Notes: generated by a model from the sequence alone, not told the origin. DNA of 64,000 nucleotides from Octopus vulgaris (GCA_951406725.2 OX597842.1:16926001-16990000), one strand, 5' to 3'; shown: positions 40,867 to 55,218, counted from the first letter of the stretch. Made by a program: numbers and translations.

Positions 40867-43816
40867 TAATCTGTATTTTTGTTATTTTTTATTTGCCCTG
40901 TCCGTGTGAGCTAACAATCGTACTGACTTTCATGGGAAACATGTATTTTTGTGGTTGAAACCTTTTGGATTAACTGGTGCTAGAGTGAGCCATATAGTGA
41001 CCACTCTCTTATATTTATTTTGTAAATATTATAATATATTATAAAATATTATAATAATCCAGGTTTCTCGGAGCACTAGGCCACTTGGTGTTGAATAGAT
41101 ATACTATTAAATTAGTATCTAATTCTCTCACCCTTATTAATTAATTATAATTATGCTGCATTTATTTCTAAATGCTGTATTTGTTTTCCGTGAAAGTTTG
41201 GCGCGCTGTTAGTTGGGGCATTTGAATTATAACGTCGGATGTAATCAATTGAACCACACGCGTATTTATCGTTATGGTAAAATCTGGCGTGTGATTGAGT
41301 GGATTTCATCCAGATAGTTTTGGCTGACGAGCTACAAGTGGATTTTTTTGTAAGTAAAATTACATTTAATTCATTAATAGCGAAACAATTGTCCCAAAAT
41401 AATCTGTATTTTTGTTATTTTTTATTTGCCCTGTCCGTGTGAGCTAACAATCGTACTGACTTTCATGGGAAACATGTATTTTTGTGGTTGAAACCTTTTG
41501 GATTAACTGGTGCTAGAGTGAGCCATATAGTGACCACTCTCTTATATTTATTTTGTAAATATTATAATATATTATAAAATATTATAATAATCCAGGTTTC
41601 TCGGAGCACTAGGCCACTTGGTGTTGAATAAATATACTATTAAATTAGTATCTAATTCTCTCACCCTTATTAATTAATTATAATTATGCTGCATTTATTT
41701 CTAAATGCTGTATTTGTTTTCCGTGAAAGTTTGGCGCGCTGTTAGTTGGGGCATTTGAATTATAACGTCGGATGTAATCAATTGAACCACACGCGTATTT
41801 ATCGTTATGGTAAAATCTGGCGTGTGATTGAGTGGATTTCATCCAGATAGTTTTGGCTGACGAGCTACAAGTGGATTTTTTTGTAAGTAAAATTACATTT
41901 AATTCATTAATAGCGAAACAATTGTCCCAAAATAATCTGTATTTTTGTTATTTTTTATTTGCCCTGTCCGTGTGAGCTAACAATCGTACTGACTTTCATG
42001 GGAAACATGTATTTTTGTGGTTGAAACCTTTTGGATTAACTGGTGCTAGAGTGAGCCATATAGTGACCACTCTCTTATATTTATTTTGTAAATATTATAA
42101 TATATTATAAAATATTATAATAATCCAGGTTTCTCGGAGCACTAGGCCACTTGGTGTTGAATAGATATACTATTAAATTAGTATCTAATTCTCTCACCCT
42201 TATTAATTAATTATAATTATGCTGCATTTATTTCTAAATGCTGTATTTGTTTTCCGTGAAAGTTTGGCGCGCTGTTAGTTGGGGCATTTGAATTATAACG
42301 TCGGATGTAATCAATTGAACCACACGCGTATTTATCGTTATGGTAAAATCTGGCGTGTGATTGAGTGGATTTCATCCAGATAGTTTTGGCTGACGAGCTA
42401 CAAGTGGATTTTTTTTGTAAGTAAAATTACATTTAATTCATTAATAGCGAAACAATTGTCCCAAAATAATCTGTATTTTTGTTATTTTTTATTTGCCCTG
42501 TCCGTGTGAGCTAACAATCGTACTGACTTTCATGGGAAACATGTATTTTTGTGGTTGAAACCTTTTGGATTAACTGGTGCTAGAGTGAGCCATATAGTGA
42601 CCACTCTCTTATATTTATTTTGTAAATATTATAATATATTATAAAATATTATAATAATCCAGGTTTCTCGGAGCACTAGGCCACTTGGTGTTGAATAGAT
42701 ATACTATTAAATTAGTATCTAATTCTCTCACCCTTATTAATTAATTATAATTATGCTGCATTTATTTCTAAATGCTGTATTTGTTTTCCGTGAAAGTTTG
42801 GCGCGCTGTTAGTTGGGGCATTTGAATTATAACGTCGGATGTAGTCAATTGAACCACACGCGTATTTATCGTTATGGTAAAATCTGTCGTGTGATTGAGT
42901 GGATTTCATCCAGATAGTTTTGGCTGACGAGCTACAAGTGGATTTTTTTGTAAGTAAAATTACATTTAATTCATTAATAGCGAAACAATTGTCCCAAAAT
43001 AATCTGTATTTTTGTTATTTTTTATTTGCCCTGTCCGTGTGAGCTAACAATCGTACTGACTTTCATGGGAAACATGTATTTTTGTGGTTGAAACCTTTTG
43101 GATTAACTGGTGCTAGAGTGAGCCATATAGTGACCACTCTCTTATATTTATTTTGTAAATATTATAATATATTATAAAATATTATAATAATCCAGGTTTC
43201 TCGGAGCACTAGGCCACTTGGTGTTGAATAGATATACTATTAAATTAGTATCTAATTCTCTCACCCTTATTAATTAATTATAATTATGCTGCATTTATTT
43301 CTAAATGCTGTATTTGTTTTCCGTGAAAGTTTGGCGCGCTGTTAGTTGGGGCATTTGAATTATAACGTCGGATGTAATCAATTGAACCACACGCGTATTT
43401 ATCGTTATGGTAAAATCTGGCGTGTGATTGAGTGGATTTCATCCAGATAGTTTTGGCTGACGAGCTACAAGTGGATTTTTTTGTAAGTAAAATTACATTT
43501 AATTCATTAATAGCGAAACAATTGTCCCAAAATAATCTGTATTTTTGTTATTTTTTATTTGCCCTGTCCGTGTGAGCTAACAATCGTACTGACTTTCATG
43601 GGAAACATGTATTTTTGTGGTTGAAACCTTTTGGATTAACTGGTGCTAGAGTGAGCCATATAGTGACCACTCTCTTATATTTATTTTGTAAATATTATAA
43701 TATATTATAAAATATTATAATAATCCAGGTTTCTCGGAGCACTAGGCCACTTGGTGTTGAATAGATATACTATTAAATTAGTATCTAATTCTCTCACCCT
43801 TATTAATTAATATATA

Positions 43817-44222
43817 TATTATATATACAGGAGTGGCTGTGTGGTAAGTAGCTTGCTAACCAACCACATGGTTCCGGGTTCAGTCCCACTGTGTGGCATC
43901 TTGGGCAAGTGTCTTCTGCTATAGCCCCGGGCCGACCAATACCTTGTGAGTGGATTTGGTAAACGGAAACTGAAAGAAGCCTGTCGTATATATGTATATA
44001 TATGTATATATGTGTATGTTTGCGTGTTTGTCCCCATAGCATTGCTTGACAACCGATGCTGGTGTGTTTACGTCCCCGTCACTTAGCCGTTCGGCAAAAG
44101 AGACCGATAGAATAAGTACTGGGCTTACAAAGAATAAGTCCCGGGGTCGATTTGCTCGACTAAAGGCGGTGCTCCAGCAGGGCCGCAGTCAAATGACTGA
44201 AACAAGTAAATGAGTAAAAGAG
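43817..44222 (+). mobile_element. SINE family A, full length
   Basis: CAGGAGTGGCTGTGTGGTAAGTAGC...GACTGAAACAAGTAAATGAGTAAAAG. Confidence 0.88.
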
Positions 44223-44254
44223 TATATAATATATATATATATGTATATATAATG

Positions 44255-44316
<62 letters not shown>

Positions 44317-44344
44317 GTATATTACAAAAAGGGAATGCTGTGTA

Positions 44345-45193
44345 TCTCTTATTATAAAAGGCAGATTTTATCTGCCTCCCTTTGGGAGTTATAGAAATCT
44401 ACAATATAGGATTTCTTCAATTACAATTTACCTAGCATTTTTGAGAGTAGAATGCATCGCGTCATGCCAGGTCCAGTTTTTAAAATTTAAACTCCAATTA
44501 AGCAAAATTTACAGAAAACTCACATTCTGGTGTGTGTGTCAAATGCTTTTCTTAGTCTGGTTTACACCACACGCAAACGCACACACACAGTGGGCAACGA
44601 ATAAAGTGAACCTAGATGTAATATTTGTTTCTGTCTATGACTCTGATAGATACATGAGTAAAATGTATGGGAAGCTAACACATAAGAGTGAGTGAAAATG
44701 TTCTTGGAAGAGAGTAATTAGCGACATTGAGTGATTTGAGGAGGACTTTACATTAAATAACCGTAGTGGCTTGTGTTAGTAATAAAGTAAACATACACTC
44801 ATACATACATACATACATACATACATACATACATACACACACACATACACGCACATATACATACATACACACACACACATACATACATACATACACACAT
44901 ACATACATACATACATATACATACATACATACATATACATACATACATACACACACACATACACACACACACAGTATTGAAGCTTGAGAACAATCAGATA
45001 CATTTGCAACACATCTGTTGAAAATATTATTGTTCACACACATACATATACATATATACATACAGACAGACAGACAGATAGACACACACACACACACACA
45101 TGATCCAGCATGGCCACAACCTCAAGGCTGAAACATATAAAAGAATAACAGAATATAAATGTGTGCATGTGTGTGAGAGAGAGAGTGTGTGTG

Positions 45194-45225
<32 letters not shown>

Positions 45226-47777
45226 TATATATATAAGCAGATTTTATCTGCCTCCCTTTGGGAGTTATAGAAATCTACAATATAGGATTTCTTCAATTAC
45301 AATTTACCTAGCATTTTTGAGAGTAGAATGCATCGCGTCATGCCAGGTCCAGTTTTTAAAATTTAAACTCCAATTAAGCAAAATTTACAGAAAACTCACA
45401 TTCTGGTGTGTGTGTCAAATGCTTTTCTTAGTCTGGTTTACACCACACGCAAACGCACACACACAGTGGGCAACGAATAAAGTGAAACTAGATGTAATAT
45501 TTGTTTCTGTCTATGACGCTGATAGATACATGAGTAAAATGTATGGGAAGCTAACACATAAGAGTGAGTGAAAATTTTCTTGGAAGAGAGTAAATAGCGA
45601 CAGAGAGTGATTTGAGGAAGACTTTACATTAAATAACCGTAGTGGCTTGTGTTAGTAATAAAGTAAACATACACTCATACATACATACATACATACATAC
45701 ATCCATCCATCCATACATACATACATACATACATACATACATACATACACACACACATACACACACACATACATACATACACACACACATACATACATAC
45801 ACACATACATACATACATACATACATATACATACATACATATACATACATACATACACACACACACACATACACACACACACAGTATTGAAGCTTGAGAA
45901 CAATCAGATACATTTGCAACACATCTGTTGAAAATATTATTGTTCACACACATACATATACATATATACATACAGACAGACAGTCAGATAGACACACACA
46001 CACACACATGATCCAGCATGGCCACAACCTCAAGGCTGAAACATATAAAAGAATAACAGAATATAAATGTGTGCATGTGTGTGAGAGAGAGAGTGTGTGT
46101 GTATATGTATGTATGTATGTATGTATATATATATATATATATAATAATGCGGTTTTTTCAACAGCTTGAACTAAAAGTCAGAGGGGAATGGGATAAACTA
46201 CTTATATTAACTTGCTATAAAAGCAGGTAGTAATTTTATCTTGTCCTTATTCATAGTGCAAGTTTTGAAGAGTGCAGTTCGATTTTAACAGCTATTTTTT
46301 TCAAAGCTATATTGGAAGTAACAAAGGAGCATATTTGGCATATTTTGCTTTATGAGTTCAATAAAGACAACAACGCAACGGAAAGTACAAGAAATATTAA
46401 TGCAGTATATGGGGATTGGACAATACGCGTAAGGCAGTGTCAATGGTGGTTCCAGAAATTCCGAGCCATAAACTACAGCCTAGAAGACGAGCTTCATCCT
46501 GAAAGATCTGTAGAACTCGACAAGGACATCCTGAAAACCCTGGTGGAACAAAATCTCATCGTAACTGTTGAGGAACTAGCAGAGAAGCTTGGATTTGGTC
46601 ATTCAACCATTCATTGAGACCTGTGTGCTATCGGAAAAGTCAGCAAATTGGGTCAATGGGTTCCTCACGAACTTTCCGAGTCTAATTGCATGCAGAGAGT
46701 GAATGTATGCTTTTCTTTGCTGTCACATCTCACCACTACTGCGCTATGTATATCTATATATATAAAACTGTAGTTGTGTGAGTGTCTGTCCCCTTCGATT
46801 TAGATTCCTAACTACTCCCACATTTTGCGGTGCAGTTTAACCAAATTCGGGTAGCTTATAGTCGTGATTCATATCAAGCCCGTCTGAGTATTAGCGCGCG
46901 TCTACGATGAGTCTACGATTTTAAAAATAATTTAACATCATTTTTTATTCCATTTTAATGCATAATTTTTCGTGTGTCGATGGCGGCGGAGTTGGCGTCC
47001 ACGCTCACACCAGCACCTGTGGGGAAGGGAGTGTAAGGAAATCAACGTCGTAATGCGTTGTCAAGGAGACCAGCGTTCTTTTAGAACAACGACTTCATGG
47101 CTTGAAGACACCAAAACAGAAATGGCTAAGAAAGCGTCTACATGAGTCTACGATTTAAAAAAAAAATTACCATCGTTTTTTTTCCATTTTAATGCATTTT
47201 TTCGCTATTATATAAGGGAAGTAACTCTCTAAAAATGTCTACGATGAGTCAACGATTTAAAAAAAAATTTACCATCATATTTTTTCCATTTTTAATGCAT
47301 TTTTGGCTATTTTTGGCTATAACTCTCTAAAAATGCTTATATAGTTATTTCCCTTACAAACCCGAGCAACGCCGGGCGATACTGCTAGTATATATATAAA
47401 GCTGAAGTTGTCTGTGTATGGCAGGTTTGGTAGCCTTCAACTAACACTATCTCCTCTGAGACCCTGTGGCACAAGTTGACCAAAATTGAGAGTATGATAG
47501 AAGAAGGCTTGCTCTTCATTCTGTAGAAGAAAAATTTCAAATCGGACCATGTTAACACCAAAAATTATTTACATAAAAAAGGTGCTTTTTTTTCTATGAA
47601 AATCCCTATTTTTTACGATTTTTTGACTGCTGTGTCACCATTTTTCGGTGTATTTCAACCAGAAAAATGTTCACTTAAAGAGAATAACAAGCTACAGAAT
47701 GAAAAACTTTTACTTTTCAAAAATTCTAATTCTAAAGAGTCGAAACAAACCCGAGCAACGCCGGGCGATACTGCTAG
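44345..47777 (+). mobile_element. Composite Helitron 4 (3433 bp), inserted at A|T with no TSD
   Basis: A|TC start; hairpin + CTAG|T ends at 47388 and 47777; the flanks rejoin to the empty-site sequence seen in reverse at 50951-50987. Confidence 0.85.
46145..46735 (+). mobile_element. Mariner (Mos1-like) transposase 5' fragment, inside the Helitron
   Basis: TAATGCGGTTTTT TIR-like remnant; HILLYEF..NAT...WFQKF...LED, followed after a stop by GQWVPHEL. Confidence 0.85.
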
Positions 47778-48014
47778 TGCATAATAAATCAATGACTGGT
47801 TTATTTTGTCATCGATTGATTATGCGTACATGTCTCGTGATGTTTCATGTAAGATCAATGTAGTGGGTTAGCGTATGCGTGGTGTATTGAGCGTGACCAT
47901 CGTGTTGTGGCCTTATTGGCTTTGTTTATAATACATGAAGCGAAATCACGAACAATATATCTTGTAACCTATTCATTGCTGGACATTGTCGATTGTAGTG
48001 ATTGTTTACAAATT

Positions 48015-48252
48015 TCTTTTACTCTTTTACTTGTTTCAGTCAGTTGAATGCGGCCCTGCTGGAGCACCGCCTTTAATCGCGCAATTCTACCCCGGGACTT
48101 ATTCTTTGTAAGCCCAGTACTTAATCTACCGGTATCTTTTGCTGAACCGCTAAGTGACGGGGACATATACACACCAGCATCGGTTCTCAAGCAATACTAG
48201 GGTGACAAACACAAATACACGAGCATACACACACACACACATACACACACAC

Positions 48253-48302
<50 letters not shown>

Positions 48303-48439
48303 CGGGATTCTTTCAATTTCCGTCTACCAAATCCACTCACAAGGCTTTGGTCGGCCCGAGGCTATAGTAGAAGACACTTGCCCAAGGTGCCACGCAGTGG
48401 GAGTGAACCAGGAACCATGTGGTTGGTTAGGAAGCTACT
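48015..48439 (-). mobile_element. SINE family A, split by an insertion (head continues at 50488-50525)
   Basis: Sequence resumes GGTAAGAAGCTACTTACCACACAGCCACTCCTGCGCC at 50488. Confidence 0.8.
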
Positions 48440-50487
48440 TTATTTCAAAACATTTGCCATAAAGGCAGTACACAAATTAAGTTAGCTTTGCGGGCTGGAC
48501 GAGGACATTAATGAAGTGAATGATAATGAAAGACAGATGATAAGGATGGGAGAAGACAAAAAGCGCCCGCCGACTTTCGCTTCTCTAAAACATTGTTCTT
48601 TTTAAAGATAAACACAAAACGAGGTATTAAACCTCTTACAATTTTTCCAATTTTTGGACTTAGCAGTCTATTATTAATAAAAATGCAAAACGAGCTATTA
48701 AACCTCTTTCAATTTTCCAATTTTTGGACTTAGAAGTCCATTATTAATACTAAAAGTTCAATAATTACATATCGTCCTCGAAATAGCTTGTGCCCGCGCC
48801 TCCACCATCATACACGCCTCCCTCAGAACGTAATCAAGTTCCGAGTTCGCGTCGCCCGGGACCAAGCTATAATCTTCATTGAGCTCCTTTAGCCCAAGCG
48901 TCACGTCGAACGCCACGGCCTCCACAGCTATCTGCGGAGGCCATTCGGGGTCAGGTGTGAAGGCTAAAGGAGCTCCCTTGTGGTACTCTTCCATCATTTT
49001 TTTTCCAATTTCTCCTCCTCTATAGAAGAGGACCAATACGTTCAGTTCTTTCGTTGGCGGCACAGTTCCCGCCAACGTCTGCGGCTCATGGATATCAGCC
49101 GCCCGACCTTTCTTTCTTTTTCTCCTCCTTCTTTTGGGGAGACTGCTGACCCAGGGGACTCCGTCACCAGACACGGGGGATCGCTATCCCCTCCGCCACC
49201 TGAGCGTTCTTTGGCGAGCAGCCATTGTTGCTCGCCTGTCTCTTTCTTTTCGTGGAGGCAACCTCCTCCACGACGTCCACCGTCTCCCCCTCCAATGAGG
49301 GGGCGGCGGGCGCCTTTTCCCCTTCATGCTCCGGGGCACCACCACGGCCCCCGGGACAATTCCTCTTGATATGTCCGGGCTTCAGGCACAGGTGACACTT
49401 GGGGGGCGTCCCTCGAGTATCACCGGGTACCTGTGCCCAGCCATTCTCAGGAAGTCCCGGGAATTTCATTTCTCCCACGGCCACCGGTGTCCACAGGGTC
49501 AAAGTTGCCTTTGACCCCTCCCAGGCGACCGCGGGAGCCATTTTCACACTCAGTAGCCTGGGTCCGCTATCCCCCAGGCCTCGCCGGATGGTCTTCTCGA
49601 TCCATTCCGCCTCCATGCCCGGGGGCAGCCCACAAACCCAGGCTCTTTTTACTTTTCTGCCACAATACGAGGGGAGGAACAGAATTTCCTCTCCCTCCAG
49701 TGGCTCGCTAGCAAATCTGCTAGCTTCCTCGGGGGTACCAAACAGCAACCACACCGTTGCAAATTTACTCCCCCGAAAAATAAACTTTATCGTTGGTAGG
49801 TGGTCCCCCAACTCTTTCTCTATGGTGCTCCTGTCGAAGAGGGCGATAGCTCCACGCGACCTAGAATAGGTTCGTAGGACCACCGTCCTCTTCTCAAGAC
49901 TTTCAATCCACTGCTTGGGTGGGACAACCTCCCATTCCAAAGCAGTGGTTTCTTTTGTTGCCATGATTTTGAAAAAAAGTTCAACTAAAAGTTCAAAGTC
50001 CAATAAGAAAAAAACACAGTGACAACAGAAAGACAGAACAGAGAAAAGGACGAAGGAAGACAGTTCAAATAATGGCAACACAGTTCTGCAACTGGTAATC
50101 CTCACGAAACAGGGTACTCCTAGTTGCAGCACACTTGGTTCTCCGTGGTAAATCCAAGCACAATTGGTTCTCCGTGGTAAATCCAAGCGAACAAATTAAT
50201 TTTTGAGGAGGGTCTATGCCTCTTCAAAATACACAATTCTCACTAAAAGGTGAGACAATAAAGACGCCAACAGGCAGAACAAATACATCCAAAGCAAAGT
50301 GAAGCTTATTACGCGCAGAAAAGTGTTAACACTAATTAACATTAATGCCAAAAAAGTATTAACGGCAAGCAATAAACCTCACTATGCTTCCAAAGATATC
50401 CAAAATATCCTACCTGTTGCCGTAAAATGTTCAATAATTCACGTTAACACGTGACATTTGCCGGAGCAAAAAACAGCACGTCTGTCT
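48440..50487 (-). mobile_element. L1/Tx1-like element with ORF1 only (CCHC zinc knuckle), no RT
   Basis: ORF from MATKETT (~49964) with CHLCLKPGHIKRNC, continuing by frameshift into 48758-49174; 5' AGACAGACGTG; 3' AATAAA; ~14-bp imperfect TSD GGT(T)A(G/A)GAAGCTACT. Confidence 0.75.
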
Positions 50488-50727
50488 GGTAAGAAGCTAC
50501 TTACCACACAGCCACTCCTGCGCCCTTGTGGGTAATAAAAAAAAAATCAACTTTGAGCAGTCACACTAGGAAAACCGCTAAGACCAAACCACCTCGGTTA
50601 CTCGGACTGACTACTTCGAGCAAGAAACGATTTCGGACACTCACGCTGTACCACAGCTAGCCTTTCTACAAGACACAGCACGATTCTCTCTCCACGGACG
50701 GCAAATATATCATCAACATTTTGTCTT

Positions 50728-50987
50728 TTGTAAACAATCAATACAATCGACAATGTCCAGCAATGAATAGGTTACAAGATATATTGTTCGTGATTTCGCT
50801 TCATGTATTATACACGAGGCCAATAAGGCCACAACACGATGGTCACGTTCAATACACCACGCATACGCTAACCCACTACATTGGGCTTACATGAAACATC
50901 ACGAGACATGTACGCATAATCAATCGATGATATAATAAACCAGTCATTGATTTATTATGCATACTCAGCATTCCCTTTTTGTAATAT
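50728..50987. repeat. Inner mirror arm (inverted copy of 44320-44344 + 47778-48012)
   Basis: GACAATGTCCAGCAATGAATAGGTTACAAG vs CTTGTAACCTATTCATTGCTGGACATTGTC. Confidence 0.9.
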
Positions 50988-51067
50988 AAACTATCCGACG
51001 AACGGGAACGTGAAACTCAGAGTAACAGGTTTTGTTGAATTTTCTGCTGCTTTTAAATAAAGTATAT

Positions 51068-51123
<56 letters not shown>

Positions 51124-51197
51124 AATAAGGAAAATATCGATATTATCAAGTGGCCAGTATGGGAAAAAATACCGTAATTATTACCTTTGTGTGTGTG

Positions 51198-51382
<185 letters not shown>

Positions 51383-51427
51383 GGCGCAATGGCTCAGTGA
51401 TTAGGGCAGTGAACTCGCAGTCGTAGG

Positions 51428-54350
51428 CTTTATTGAGCGAAAATACCTAAAGCTCCACGAGGCTCCGGCAGGGGATGGTGGTGATCCCTACAGTACTCTT
51501 TCGCCGCAACTTTCTCTCACTTTTTCTTCTGTCGGCCTATTCGCTTAGCCGGCGGGGTGGCGTCGTTCGGAGGCTAAAACAATGCGAATCGCATTGTGAC
51601 TGAAACGAGTAAAAGGCCTGCTTTGCTTCGTGCCACGAAACCACAATGATAGGGTTTCCATTTAGAGGAGCAGCATTTTGCCAACCATGCCTTCATGCAT
51701 GCACGATGTTGGCCCCGATGTTGTAGTCGACATGTTCAAATCTTTGAGCTGAGGAGAAGCAGGACTGACGCCAGGTCCTGTGTTCTGATGTTTTGTTTTC
51801 CTATATGTCTTTTCTTCTTTCTTCGCACTTTTCAACCCTAGCCAGGCTCATGGGCCCGGTTTCCCGGTTTCTATGGCGTATGTGTTCCCCTCAGCTGGAC
51901 GGGACGCCAGTCCATCGCAGCGTTACTCAAGAAACAGGAAGAGAGAGTGAGAGAAAGTTGTGACGAAAGAGTACAACAGGGGTCGCCACCACCCCTGCCG
52001 GAGCCTCGTGGAGCTTTTATGTGTTTTCGCTCAATAAACATACAAAGCTCGGTCTGGGAATCGAAACCGCGATCGTCTGACCGCGATCGTCTGATCGCGA
52101 GTCCGCTGCCCTAACCACTGGGCCATTGCGCCTCCACAAACAAATGCGCCCTTTTAAAGCCTAGCTACGACGCTCTCCAGTAAAGTGAATATTAAGAGTG
52201 AATAATTATAAAGGCTGATTGATTTAACAGAAGTTACAAGTTCAAACAGGAAATATCCGGTGACTCTTTGATACGTTGAGACAAAAACCAATTCAATAAT
52301 TTTATTCAACTTGTGGCACAAAGACAGCAATTTCAGTGGAGGTTTAAGTCGATTACATCGATACTAGTGTTCAAGTGGTGCTTATTTTATCGACCCCGAT
52401 AAGATAAAAGATAAAGCTGACCGTGGTGTAATTTGAATTCAGAACGTGTAGGCAGATGTAATGCCGCTGACAATTTTGCACGTGCGCGGCAACGATTCAG
52501 CCAGCACGTCGCTTTACAAAAGGGAAATATTGATAACCCCTAGCTTCTGTTTGTGAAAAGAAAACTAGAGGTTAATCAACAGATAATATTGATTGATTTG
52601 TTAGAAGTAAATATTTTTTTTATTTTCTCAAAAGGTAATATAGTATGAATATTTTACGCGCTTAAATAACCATAGTTTACATAAGTAAAAAGAAGACAGA
52701 CGTATACTTATATATTCATTTATACACACACACACACACATACACATACACACACATATATCTTGTACTCTTGTACTTGTTTCAGTCGATGTCAAATCTG
52801 GCATTAACAGTGAATGTAATCTTGGCCAAATCCGAACTCACAACGCTGGATTACACTAAATATTGAAAGAATTTTGTTTCCTAATTCAAAGAGGAATTCG
52901 TAGCATTCATTCCTTTCTAGGTGAACATCATCAACGTCTACCTTAAATCGAAATACAATCCAAAGCATGGCTTCATTTCAATAAGATTTGGATTCTCGTC
53001 CTGTACTCATTGACCACAGTTTTTCTCGAGGGCATTAAGTGTAATTTATCTAGTGCATAATGAAAAATTTAAAGCCATCGATATATTGCCAAGTTAAAAT
53101 AAAATCGTTTCGCTCACCATGCATACAAACGCAGTCGACTTGTTTCATGCGATTTATTTGCTAAGATCGATGGATAGAAACAGTTGCTGTTGATAACCTA
53201 ACAAAGCTACGGGTAAAACTGATAATTTACTTACCTTCTGAAGAGCAAAGCATTCTGGAGAGAAAGACAAACGAATATAAGACCTGGAATTTAAGAACTT
53301 ATTTAACGAAAAGTGAAATTACCTCGCGACGACTTCTGGAGTAGGAGAAAAAAAAGTTCAAATTAGCCATCGATTTTATAAGAGTGGAAGAACTCGGGAG
53401 AGATTGTTTTAAAGACATTGTCTTTTAGAAGCCAATGCAAAAAGAGATCAACTGTGAAATATCCTGAATTTATTCTTAAATTATCAGAACGAAGAGAATA
53501 GGAATAAATAAAAGAAAGCTTGTTTATCGAGACTAGGAAAAGGGAACATTAAAAGGCAGAAGCTTATTGTTTGCAGTGAGACACGTCTTGTTGGTCGATT
53601 TTGCAACTAAATGTCAAGTTTACTTAACAACCCTGAAACAGTCATGAACCTTAAAGGTAAGTGAATTAATAATATTAAGAATGAAAAGAGAGATAATTAC
53701 TGAAATTGTTTTTATAATTCTATGATATAAAATACTGTAGCTGACTTGTGCTTTTATTACACTCGGTTTACCATTTTCATTTTCCACTTCCAATGAGAAT
53801 GGAAAGGACGAAGATGGATTTCTGGAAATCATGGATCGATTCTGTCTTGAAACTTAACGTTCTGATTTCGAATTCTGCCGTTATTTAGGATTTAATGTAG
53901 ATAGACAGATTTAAAATAAAGAAATAGATATGAAAATAGGGTAATAAGTCTTGGGATAGTGATTAGCGAGCTGTTGAATATTAAAATAAATAAAACTGGG
54001 CAATTTTTTTCTTGTCTGGTGCCTGGAATATTTCAATGAATTCCAAATGATTTTGCCTGTTAAATTCAAAACTTACTCCAGTTTTTCTCTATCAGGTCTG
54101 GTTTTCTGACTAGACCTGATAGAGTAAGTATTTTATTCATACAAGAGGCATACAATATGAATCAACAAAGAGAGATTATTACTGGAATTAATTTTATAAT
54201 TCTATAATCTAGAATACTGTAACTGACTTGTGCTTTCGTTACATTCGGTTTACAGTTATTATTTCTCATTTCCACAGAGAACGGAAAGGACATGGATGGA
54301 TTTGTAGAAATCATGAATCGACTGATAAAATATCTTTAGTATTCAGTCAC
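51428..54350. repeat. Right arm of the inverted segmental duplication
   Basis: Reverse complement of 35764-38321 joined directly to the reverse complement of 27520-27950. Confidence 0.92.
53644..53656 (+). CDS. Duplicated ATG exon (MNLK-G); possible alternative first coding exon of the right gene
   Basis: gtcATG AAC CTT AAA G|gtaagt, acceptor ttgcag at 53576; mirror of 36097-36177. Confidence 0.45.
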
Positions 54351-54919
54351 GTATCTTTACATTCTCTTTAGAATCCCATTTGGCGGATATTGTACTACGT
54401 CTATGTGTCTCGTATGTTTCTTACGTCTATAAAAGAAATCATTTTTAGACAAAGAGCTGTGAATGAGAGAATCAATGAGCCTCTCTCGAATTAAAATTCC
54501 ACTACGTATTCTCTATTCGACTTTCACTTTCGTTATCAACGAAATGAGAAAACGAAGCTTAAGTAACATCGAATCAATCTTATATCTTTGCTTAAGAAAA
54601 ATCCTGATTTTCTACCAGTGTAAAAATAGTTATATTTCAGATAATGAGTAATATTTAAGGATATAGAAGTTAGGATTCCTGGCTGTTATCCAGGCGTCAC
54701 GGGTTCCATTCCCGTCACAGGAATGGCACTGAATTTAGGTGCAGGTGTTCCTGTACAATAAGAGGTTTGCTTTCCAACCACATAGTTCCGGGTTCTGTCC
54801 CACTGCGTGGCACCAACCGCAGGGGCAATTTAGTTTAAAACTGAGCCGACAAAACCCTTGCGAATGTATGTATGATTGACGAAAACTGAAAGAAACCCGT
54901 CTCAGACACACGCGCGCAC

Positions 54920-54940
54920 ATATCTACCTACATACCTACG

Positions 54941-55017
<77 letters not shown>

Positions 55018-55151
55018 GTCTGTCTGTCTATCTATCCATCTACCTACCTACCTACCTACCTACCTACCTACCTACCTACCTACCTACCTACCTACATATC
55101 TATCTATCCATCTACCTACCTACCTACCTACCTACCTACCTACCTACCTAC

Positions 55152-55218
<67 letters not shown>

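Larger units (their letters stand above)
39650..43810. repeat. 533-bp tandem array with an internal inversion, each unit carrying a hammerhead ribozyme (retrozyme-like)
   Basis: CTGACGA at 40791, 41324, 41857, 42390, 42924 and 43457 (+), and at 39881 and 40414 (-); spacing 533/534; strand switch at ~40708; no ORF of 60 aa or more in the track. Confidence 0.95.

Noticed and set aside
39650-43810. CRISPR, rDNA/5S or plain centromeric satellite interpretation
   Set aside because: No variable spacers and no rRNA similarity recognised; the hammerhead in every unit and the internal inversion fit a retrozyme/pLTR array better
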